Shown in pieces: positions 27,100 to 33,147 of a stretch of DNA of 39,994 nucleotides. The stretch lies in IMG/VR virus record IMGVR_UViG_3300028549_000379, positions 1 through 39,994 of that record. One strand, written 5' to 3'. Under the pieces are notes generated by a model, which saw nothing but the letters and a program-made list of their open reading frames with translations, was not told the origin of the DNA and searched no databases. Made by a program: the position numbers and the translations under genes. The DNA is from a virus. Position 1 is the first letter of the stretch. Each line of letters opens with the position of its first letter.

Positions 27100-27373
27100 G
27101 TTTTTTCTCCTTATATTTAGCGAATAGTTTTGAATTTAAAATACATTCGCCCATTTCGTACTTACAATGATTTTTATTTTGTCTATAGTTTTCACATTCC
27201 GTACAAAGAAAATGATTATATACGTTTGTTACGCCGTCGCTTATTATAGGGAGATTTATAGCCCTACTAATTTTTCTAAGATTTTCGCGATGGATAATTC
27301 CCGGCTCGTGTTTACAAATTTGTATATAACTGCATTTTTGGCATTTAGCCGTACATTTAAAATCGTTAATCAC
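27089..27373 (-). CDS. Cys-rich small protein (putative zinc-binding)
   Basis: 94 aa with CTAKCQKCSYIQIC and CTEC...C...C clusters. Confidence 0.5.
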   Translation of the reverse strand: MINDFKCTAKCQKCSYIQICKHEPGIIHRENLRKISRAINLPIISDGVTNVYNHFLCTECENYRQNKNHCKYEMGECILNSKLFAKYKEKKHAL

Positions 27374-27911
27374 GTCGCCCCCTCTTAACTCCTACAAAAC
27401 TAGCCGTATTAAACCAGTTATAGTAATTCCAACTATATTGGATTTCTAGCGCTCGTCTTGTAAATATTGCTATCATTATCTTTTGACTCGGGATAGGTTC
27501 CGCGTCTTCTTCTCCAGGAATAATAAAACCGACTTTCCCCGGCAAAAATGCAAAGAGACAATCAGGATTATATAAAAAATGTTCCTGGTAATATTTCGTC
27601 TCGAATCGATCCGCGGGTAAAACCATGAATATTTCCCGAGTTCTATCCGCTAAAAATTCGCTAATCGCTTTCGCTACCCACTTAGGACAAGGTCTAAAAG
27701 GTGGGTTCATGAACAGTTTTTTACCGTTCCATACCGTAATTAACCCGTCATCTATAAAACTTAAACAATGATATTTAGCGGGAATATTCGGCTCGCTACA
27801 ACAAACGTCCATGTCGAATTGTTCGACGTCCGCTATTTGTAGCAATTGTTTAAAAATCCACGGGGGCGTTTTGTAGTCGTCTCGCTCGGAGTCGTACGCT
27901 TTCTTTGCCAT
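27366..27911 (-). CDS. Phage Dam-type DNA N6-adenine methyltransferase
   Basis: DDYKTPPWIF near the N-terminus, FDMDVCC, DGL..W.G, and the catalytic NPPF motif (LFMNPPF) followed by KWVAKA. This is the order typical of the phage Dam family. Confidence 0.8.
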   Translation of the reverse strand: MAKKAYDSERDDYKTPPWIFKQLLQIADVEQFDMDVCCSEPNIPAKYHCLSFIDDGLITVWNGKKLFMNPPFRPCPKWVAKAISEFLADRTREIFMVLPADRFETKYYQEHFLYNPDCLFAFLPGKVGFIIPGEEDAEPIPSQKIMIAIFTRRALEIQYSWNYYNWFNTASFVGVKRGRRD

Positions 27912-27913
27912 TG

Positions 27914-28210
27914 CTACTTTTCCTCCCGTAGTTCATTTAGTATGTAGCCGTGTTCTAAAATCTCTTCGACTTCTTTTTGGCTGTACGCTACTCTTACCTC
28001 GCCCTCGGGAACCTTATCCCCGATATAGACACTAATCCCAAAAAGAGTATTTAAATGTAACTCTTCCGGAGTTATTATTTTCTCCCGTGCTTGACTCTCT
28101 AAAGTTCTAAAATTTTTCTCGTTAAAAACTAATCCGTACGGGGTAGTATGGTCTAGCGATTTAATCGCTTGCATTGCTTCTAATAGCTTTTCGTATTCTG
28201 TTTGTGACAT
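27914..28210 (-). CDS. Hypothetical protein
   Basis: 98-aa ORF with a gaggagg SD, preceded by the 13-mer variant at 28229-28242. Confidence 0.6.
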   Translation of the reverse strand: MSQTEYEKLLEAMQAIKSLDHTTPYGLVFNEKNFRTLESQAREKIITPEELHLNTLFGISVYIGDKVPEGEVRVAYSQKEVEEILEHGYILNELREEK

Positions 28211-28228
28211 TATGCCTCCTCTAATATG

Positions 28229-28242
28229 TTTCCGTGTTCGAC
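28229..28242 (-). promoter_or_regulatory. 13-mer variant GTCGAACACGGAAA
   Basis: Sense on the - strand. It lies directly after the terminator-like hairpin at 28264-28309 and 18 nt upstream of the ATG at 28210. Confidence 0.5.
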
Positions 28243-28263
28243 TTGTGTACGGGGCGGGTCCAG

Positions 28264-28309
28264 TATGGATAAAATAAGTCCCGTGGAACTATTAAAAATT
28301 CCGCGGGAC
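28264..28309 (-). terminator. Intrinsic terminator candidate within the early operon
   Basis: On the - strand: GTCCCGCGGAA-tttttaatag-TTCCACGGGAC (11-bp stem with one mismatch), followed by TTATTTTAT. Confidence 0.55.
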
Positions 28310-28345
28310 ACCCTCGCTCCTCTATTCTGTTTTTCTATGCGCTTT

Positions 28346-28477
28346 TTACTTTAACAAAGCGTCTAAACTTGTAAATTGATTAAGACCTAGAAGCTGTTTG
28401 ATTTCAAGGTCGCTATGTTGTAAGCGTCTTAATCTAATAATTAGCTTTTTGATTTCGAATTGATTTTTTCTACTCAT
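28346..28477 (-). CDS. Unlisted 43-aa ORF, possible minimal HTH protein
   Basis: Below the ORF-track cutoff. ATG at 28477 is preceded by AAAAAGGAGAAAAAACC and the exact 13-mer. Product by hand translation: MSRKNQFEIKKLIIRLRRLQHSDLEIKQLLGLNQFTSLDALLK. Confidence 0.45.
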   Translation of the reverse strand: MSRKNQFEIKKLIIRLRRLQHSDLEIKQLLGLNQFTSLDALLK

Positions 28478-28514
28478 GGTTTTTTCTCCTTTTTCTGTTT
28501 AACTGTTTAACTGT

Positions 28515-28527
28515 TTTTGTGTTCGAC
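28515..28527 (-). promoter_or_regulatory. Conserved 13-mer GTCGAACACAAAA (exact)
   Basis: Sense on the - strand. It abuts the stop of CDS 28527..28877 and is followed by tandem AACAGTTA units and the SD of the 43-aa ORF. Confidence 0.6.
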
Positions 28528-28877
28528 TATTTAATGACCGTTAGCCCGTCAAAACGGAACGCTAACATTTCTTTTATTTCTTTAATTGTTTTTATCGCGT
28601 GAATATTCCATTTCCGCCCGTCTAGATAAAAATATTTTTCGCCCTTTTCACTTTCAAAATAGATATAACAAGTGTATGTATAGGGTCTAACAAAGTCATC
28701 TATTGACGGGGAGAACCTTACGCGCCCCGTTTCTTCGAATTCCGCTACGAAGTATCCTTCCTGGGTTACTATCGCCCCCGCGGGCAAATTATAATGCCTG
28801 TAGGGTTTAGCATTGTACTTTTGTTCTAAAAATTCTTTAATCTCTTTTTTGTATTGTTGTTCTCTTGTCATAGTCAT
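28527..28877 (-). CDS. Hypothetical protein
   Basis: 116-aa ORF, tightly packed after the upstream gene. Confidence 0.6.
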   Translation of the reverse strand: MTMTREQQYKKEIKEFLEQKYNAKPYRHYNLPAGAIVTQEGYFVAEFEETGRVRFSPSIDDFVRPYTYTCYIYFESEKGEKYFYLDGRKWNIHAIKTIKEIKEMLAFRFDGLTVIK

Positions 28878-28880
28878 CGT

Positions 28881-29243
28881 TTACACCTCCTTGAAATAGT
28901 CAACGCGGAAGGTATCGCCACAACTCCAACATTTACACTCAAACATCATCGCGTTGGCTTCGTCGGTATCGTACTGGCAACTATTTTTTACGATTGTACA
29001 ATCCCCTTCTTTTCTAACTATAATTAAGTTGTCGTTTTCTGCTTCGCAATACGGGCAATAAGCCGTATCGGTGAATCTGAAATCGCGGACGTTCCCGTCG
29101 CTTCTAAATGCTTTTGTTGTTTTCATTTTTGTTAGGTCTTGTTTTGGCTCGTAGCCGTCGCGGTTATTCTCCGCGCAGTTTCTACACGGATATATTTCCG
29201 CGTTACAACTTTGGTGTTTACACGTTTTGCAGTCTTTTACCAT
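28881..29243 (-). CDS. Multi-CxxC zinc-ribbon protein
   Basis: CKTCKHQSC, CRNC, CPYC and CWSC pairs in 120 aa. Confidence 0.55.
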   Translation of the reverse strand: MVKDCKTCKHQSCNAEIYPCRNCAENNRDGYEPKQDLTKMKTTKAFRSDGNVRDFRFTDTAYCPYCEAENDNLIIVRKEGDCTIVKNSCQYDTDEANAMMFECKCWSCGDTFRVDYFKEV

Positions 29244-29322
29244 TTTGTACCGTCCTTTACTTTTCTTATAACCAACGCCCTAGGCGTTTCGTCTTAATTT
29301 TCAAAGACTCGTCAGGGCTATT

Positions 29323-29871
29323 TTATAGTTCTTTTATTTCATGGTTATCTTTAAGCAATTGTAAAATCCACGTACTTTCATCGTAGGCGTCGACGGTTTT
29401 TTCGTAAAATTTTCCGTTAGCTTTTGCGAATTGATTTGTAAACGTTCCGGAATTAAATTCGCGCATTAGAAACATTTCCACGCCCTCAACTGTGCGCCAC
29501 TTCATAGGTGGAAGTATTTCTAACATTTCCCAGTATCTTTCTTCCGTAATTTCATAAATCGGACCGCTTAAAGCGTTTTTTCTGTGCGCTGCCTCAAATT
29601 CTCCGTAAGTTGTTATTATGTATTTTTTATCTTTTTCGGCTTCATATCTTCCCGCCCAATAGTTTTGACGGTCTTCGCCGGCTTCGGGCTTATTGTCATA
29701 CTTTGCGGTATATTCTTGATAGAGCGCTAAATCTTTTTCTTGGCTAGCCGTTGCTCTTGCTAGCGTTTCATCTTTGTTTGTTTCATCGCAGAAGTCCCAT
29801 ACTGAACAACTACCCAAAACACAAACGACTAGAGTTTTGTCGTTAATCTCGCTTAATTTAATTGGGTTCAT
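29323..29871 (-). CDS. Hypothetical protein
   Basis: ORF track 29323..29883 begins at a GTG. The in-frame ATG at 29871 is preceded by gtgagg. Confidence 0.6.
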   Translation of the reverse strand: MNPIKLSEINDKTLVVCVLGSCSVWDFCDETNKDETLARATASQEKDLALYQEYTAKYDNKPEAGEDRQNYWAGRYEAEKDKKYIITTYGEFEAAHRKNALSGPIYEITEERYWEMLEILPPMKWRTVEGVEMFLMREFNSGTFTNQFAKANGKFYEKTVDAYDESTWILQLLKDNHEIKEL

Positions 29872-29879
29872 TTTGTGCC

Positions 29880-30056
29880 TCACTTTCTTTTTTTGTAATA
29901 CTTAATATTTAATGACTTTGTACGTTTCTTATAGTTTTCTATGCAATATAGGAAAAGGTCGGACAATTCAATATTTTTTATCCCTTCCGGCGTTACAACT
30001 TGAAGCGAGTAATCGCTTACAAGGTTTAAAATATCCTTTTGCTTGATTTGTTCCAT
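29880..30056 (-). CDS. Unlisted 58-aa ORF, first gene of the leftward early operon (tentative)
   Basis: Hand translation: MEQIKQKDILNLVSDYSLQVVTPEGIKNIELSDLFLYCIENYKKRTKSLNIKYYKKRK. The SD is weak. It lies downstream of the - strand promoter at 30101-30129. Confidence 0.35.
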   Translation of the reverse strand: MEQIKQKDILNLVSDYSLQVVTPEGIKNIELSDLFLYCIENYKKRTKSLNIKYYKKRK

Positions 30057-30100
30057 TTCTTAACTGCTTTCAACCTAAACTATAAAACGTTTCTGTTATA

Positions 30101-30129
30101 AGTTTAAACGAAAACGTTTTGAAAGTCAA
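30101..30129 (-). promoter_or_regulatory. Sigma70-type leftward early promoter
   Basis: On the - strand: TTGACT (30129-30124), 17-nt spacer, TAAACT (30106-30101). The spacer contains the AAAACGTTTT palindrome. Confidence 0.5.
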
Positions 30130-30195
30130 CCCCTCTAATTAAACTATTTTATTTTGTTACATAACGTATTAGTTTCGTAATTATATTTTAGTGTA

Positions 30196-30224
30196 TTGAC
30201 ATATAATAAAATATGTGTTATCCT
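30196..30224 (+). promoter_or_regulatory. Sigma70-type rightward promoter for the XRE regulator
   Basis: TTGACA (30196-30201), 17-nt spacer, TATCCT (30219-30224), with a TGT immediately upstream of the -10. Confidence 0.4.
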
Positions 30225-30256
30225 GTTAGAGTTACTAAAACCCCCAGGAGGAAACA

Positions 30257-30501
30257 TGGCTAAAATTACTAAAGAAATGACGGAATCAATTAAAAATGAT
30301 TTAAAGTCGTACATGGTTAAAAGAGGCTATAACATACAATCGTTAGCCGATTTATTAACTAAAAAGTATGGAAGACCCGAGAGCGCCCAAAACCTCTCAA
30401 ACAAACTAAATCGAGGCGCAATAAAATACGCCGAAGTGTTGGAGATTGCGGAGGTTCTGGGATATAATATCTCTTGGGTTTCTAAAAAAGAAAATGATTA
30501 A
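30257..30501 (+). CDS. XRE/Cro-CI-family HTH transcriptional regulator (81 aa)
   Basis: ORF track 30196..30501. The ATG at 30257 follows a ccaggagg SD. YNIQSLADLL...SNKLNRGAIKYAEVLEIAEVLGY matches the XRE HTH pattern. Confidence 0.7.
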
Positions 30502-30525
30502 TAATTATTAAGTTGTCAAAGTGCT

Positions 30526-30560
30526 AAAAATGCCCGTCTCTCTTAAAAGACGGGCATTTT
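30526..30560. terminator. Bidirectional intrinsic terminator
   Basis: aaaaaTGCCCGTCT-ctcttaaa-AGACGGGCAtttt: 9-bp stem with an A-tract on one side and a T-tract on the other. Confidence 0.8.
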
Positions 30561-30672
30561 GCTACACTAGACAGTTAGGCTATTTCGTTAATTACACTTG
30601 ATTTAAGTTTATTTGCGTTTATAATGTAATTAATACACGAAAGTGGTTTCAGCGTTTGCGCGCTCCAACTGT

Positions 30673-30685
30673 TTTTGTGTTCGAC
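30673..30685 (-). promoter_or_regulatory. Conserved 13-mer GTCGAACACAAAA (exact), orphan copy with no ORF downstream
   Basis: Sense on the - strand. TAAAAT lies 2 nt upstream. No SD/ATG occurs before the terminator at 30526-30560. Confidence 0.55.
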
Positions 30686-30745
30686 AAATTTTAAGCGTTA
30701 GACTATGGCAGAGCCGTATTTTAGCGCTTTTTCTTTTAAGATTTA

Positions 30746-30758
30746 TTTTGTGTTCGAC
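30746..30758 (-). promoter_or_regulatory. Conserved 13-mer GTCGAACACAAAA (exact), orphan copy
   Basis: Sense on the - strand. TAATAT lies immediately upstream. It is 34 nt from the long hairpin at 30792-30850. Confidence 0.55.
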
Positions 30759-30791
30759 ATATTACTAATTGAACTTCCATTATTAAACGAC

Positions 30792-30850
30792 AAAGCGCCC
30801 AATTATTACTTACACCGATTAAAACGGATTTGTAATTATTGGGCGCTTTT
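30792..30850. terminator. Long 18-bp hairpin (one mismatch) with T-tract; insulator or terminator between divergent 13-mers
   Basis: AAAGCGCCCAATTATTAC-22 nt-GTAATTATTGGGCGCTTT, then tattatcttttt. Confidence 0.55.
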
Positions 30851-30937
30851 ATTATCTTTTTGACTCGGATTAGTACCGATTATAGTCTATAGATTACGTC
30901 AAATAACAGCTATTCAATTTGTTATCTCTAAACGATA

Positions 30938-30949
30938 GCGAACACAAAA
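30938..30949 (+). promoter_or_regulatory. 13-mer variant GCGAACACAAAA pointing into the iteron region
   Basis: CGAACACAAAATA is identical to the copies at 17567 and 30746. A TTGACT-N15-TATAGT element lies at 30860-30886 upstream. Confidence 0.45.
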
Positions 30950-31028
30950 TAACTTGTCAAGCGTTTATGAACTTATATTAACTTAAATTAATAATATTAA
31001 ACGAATATAAACGCAATTTGGTACAGTC

Positions 31029-31386
31029 GTAAGGTTTCCGATGTTCTTACCTCCTTACATCGCATTTTAGCGGGAGCGAGGTAAGGCTAAAAACATATAA
31101 ACTTATGTTAAGAGAGGTAAGACTAAAAAGGGTTAAAAAGCCTTACATCTTACATCTGTTTTATAGTAGAGAGGTAAGAAAGATGTAAGACCCCGAAAAC
31201 TAACTATAATCGTATTATATAATATAATCTTACATATCTTACATCTATATAGTATTATTAATATATTATATATAACACTATTTTAAAGCTATTGAGTTTT
31301 ACACGCTTAAAACTTTTACTCTTTTTTGAGGTAAGACAGGTAAGACGTTTTCGACTTAATTATATTTTAGCTTTTTAGATGTAAGA
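31029..31386. repeat. Iteron array: 14 copies of GTAAG[AG]/[CT]CTTAC in both orientations, interleaved with AT-rich tracts
   Basis: Forward copies at 31029, 31081, 31117, 31174, 31185, 31331, 31340 and 31381. Reverse copies at 31045, 31053, 31141, 31148, 31228 and 31237. Extended forms are GAGGTAAGAC and AGATGTAAGA. There is one more reverse copy at 31629. Confidence 0.8.
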
Positions 31387-31818
31387 TTTAATGTTTTTAT
31401 GTTCACATCGGCTCACCGCTTTTTTATTTTCAAGAGCGCCAAAATCCTATTAAAAATCTTTGCCTAATTTTGCTGTGATTTTGTGCAAAGGTCTTTTGAT
31501 ATATTATGTATATCTTTATTTGTGTTATGATTTGATGAAATTGTATGATTTCAAACGTTTAATATTTTCTCGGGCGCTTTAAGCCTGTTAAAATATATCT
31601 TTCTACCTTTTGTTAGTGTCTTTAGCCTTCTTACATAATTATTGTTATAGGTATATTACGCGTCGATATACTAATATCACTACAATGTAGTCATAGCTTG
31701 ACGCGTTGTTATGCCTGTTAATAAAGCTATTGAGCCTATAAAGCGCGCTAATGCTTATTAGTAGGCGTTATAACTATGCAAGAGTGCGCGACACTTGGAA
31801 CTATTAATATGCCATACT

Positions 31819-31895
31819 CGGAGGGGTCCCCCTCTTTTTTGACCCCATAGCGACCCGGGACACCCGGCCGCCCGCCGTCGGGAGGGACCCCTCTA
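31819..31895. other. GC-rich structured island in AT-rich DNA
   Basis: GAGGGGTCCCCCTC+T6 (31821-31840), hairpins CCGGG-aca-CCCGG and CCCG-ccgt-CGGG, then GAGGGACCCCTC (31882-31893), which can pair with the first element. Confidence 0.6.
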
Positions 31896-32061
31896 AAGAT
31901 TCAATATGTCAATATTCAAGAGGTTTAACCGCGATGAAATTCCAAAAATTAAAAATATAAAAAATCTGAAAAACCTTTATTAACGCTAATGAACGCCATT
32001 TAATTATAGTTAATAAATTATTGAGATTAAAATCACAATGGTTTATACTGGTTATGAAATT

Positions 32062-32080
32062 GTCGAACATAGAAACAAAA
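32062..32080 (+). promoter_or_regulatory. Degenerate 13-mer (GTCGAACATAGAAACAAAA) upstream of the packaging/head operon
   Basis: It shares GTCGAACA and CAAAA, separated by an insertion. It lies 86 nt upstream of CDS 32166. Confidence 0.3.
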
Positions 32081-32165
32081 TACGTATTTAGCTTTATTCG
32101 CGGGGTCCCCGTGTAATAAAGCTGTACGCGTATTAACGAAAAAGAATTAACGAAGGAGATTTATC

Positions 32166-32765
32166 ATGACTGAAAAAGGCGTAAAGTACGATTTTGGCGG
32201 GCAGTATTACACGGGCCAAAAACACGGTGAAGAGATTAAAAACTATGAAATTTCTATAGTTTTTCCGGAAGAAACTCCGAAGGCTTTATCACTGTTTAAA
32301 ACCGGTTTGCTTCAACCGCACAATGCTATCTATAAGCTGATGATTGCTAAATACACAGATTTTAGAAAAGCTAGAACGCTCGTTATTACGAACGTTACTA
32401 ACTTGGATAAAAAGGTCGCAGACGATAACGTTAGCAATGTAGCGACTATGAACGTAAAACAGTTGACCGCTTATGTCAAAAAGAACAAAATCGCTCTTGA
32501 TGTAAAAATCTATGAAGGCGATATAACTAGACTTCGCGAAGCAATTATAAAAGCTGAAAAAGACCCGGAAGCATTTAAAGAAATTTATAAAGCTGACCTA
32601 GAGTCTTATAATTTCAATCTTTCTCTAAACACTTTGAACGACGTTCCGGAAGAGGGCGAAGCGGACAAAACTTCTAATGAAGACGTAGACACTACTATTC
32701 TTACCGCTGATGACTTACTCGGCGATTTAGATGGTAGCGACGAGGGCGACGGTGGAGACGAGTAA
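32166..32765 (+). CDS. Hypothetical protein with acidic C-terminal DDLLGDL tail
   Basis: 199-aa ORF with an aaggag SD. First gene of the late operon. The C-terminus is ADDLLGDLDGSDEGDGGDE. Confidence 0.6.
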   Translation: MTEKGVKYDFGGQYYTGQKHGEEIKNYEISIVFPEETPKALSLFKTGLLQPHNAIYKLMIAKYTDFRKARTLVITNVTNLDKKVADDNVSNVATMNVKQLTAYVKKNKIALDVKIYEGDITRLREAIIKAEKDPEAFKEIYKADLESYNFNLSLNTLNDVPEEGEADKTSNEDVDTTILTADDLLGDLDGSDEGDGGDE

Positions 32766-32799
32766 TTCATTCTTACCACCCGCGAAGCCTAATAAGGCA

Positions 32800-33147
32800 A
32801 TGATAGAATGGGTTAATGGCGTTCCGGAACCTTGTTACGGCTACATTAACCCTTCGTCTATTAAGAAACTCGCAGTAGCGGCCGCGTCTATTCCCTATTC
32901 CGGCGAATGGGACGCAGACCTAGAAATGAATATAATCGAACCGCGTTTCGAGGGTTTAACAAATGTAGAAGTTATGTGGATTAAAGTCGCAGAAAAAGCC
33001 GCTCGCGGGGACCTGGACGCCACAAATATGATGTTAGATAGAATCCTCGGAAAGCCGAAACAAAGTGTAGAATCTACTTCTATGACTATGAGTTATCAAG
33101 AATTTTTAAATATGGTGGCAAAACAGGAAAACGGCGGCAATGGATAA
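32800..33147 (+). CDS. Putative terminase small subunit
   Basis: ORF track 32731..33147. The alternative ATG at 32800 avoids a 35-nt overlap. It lies directly upstream of, and overlapping, the large terminase. LDRILGKPKQSVE resembles small-terminase C-terminal patterns. Confidence 0.45.
   Translation: MIEWVNGVPEPCYGYINPSSIKKLAVAAASIPYSGEWDADLEMNIIEPRFEGLTNVEVMWIKVAEKAARGDLDATNMMLDRILGKPKQSVESTSMTMSYQEFLNMVAKQENGGNG

Noticed and set aside
30084-30501. Temperate lifestyle inferred from the XRE regulator and divergent promoters
   Set aside because: No integrase, recombinase, partition system or attachment-site-like repeat was seen anywhere in the 39.7-kb unit. The regulator alone is insufficient evidence.
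31029-31386. Repeat array considered as a CRISPR array
   Set aside because: The repeat units are only 6-10 nt, occur in both orientations, and have irregular 7-60-nt spacing. There are no 25-40-nt repeats or uniform spacers, and no cas genes.
31819-31895. ~75-nt GC-rich element considered as a tRNA
   Set aside because: A 7-bp acceptor-like pairing can be drawn, but there is no D-arm complement, no 7-nt anticodon loop and no GTTCRANNC T-loop. The internal hairpins have 3-4-nt loops.
32731-32799. Upstream ATG at 32731 as the small-terminase start
   Set aside because: It would overlap the preceding gene by 35 nt and has no SD. The ATG at 32800 lies just past the upstream stop. The choice remains uncertain.
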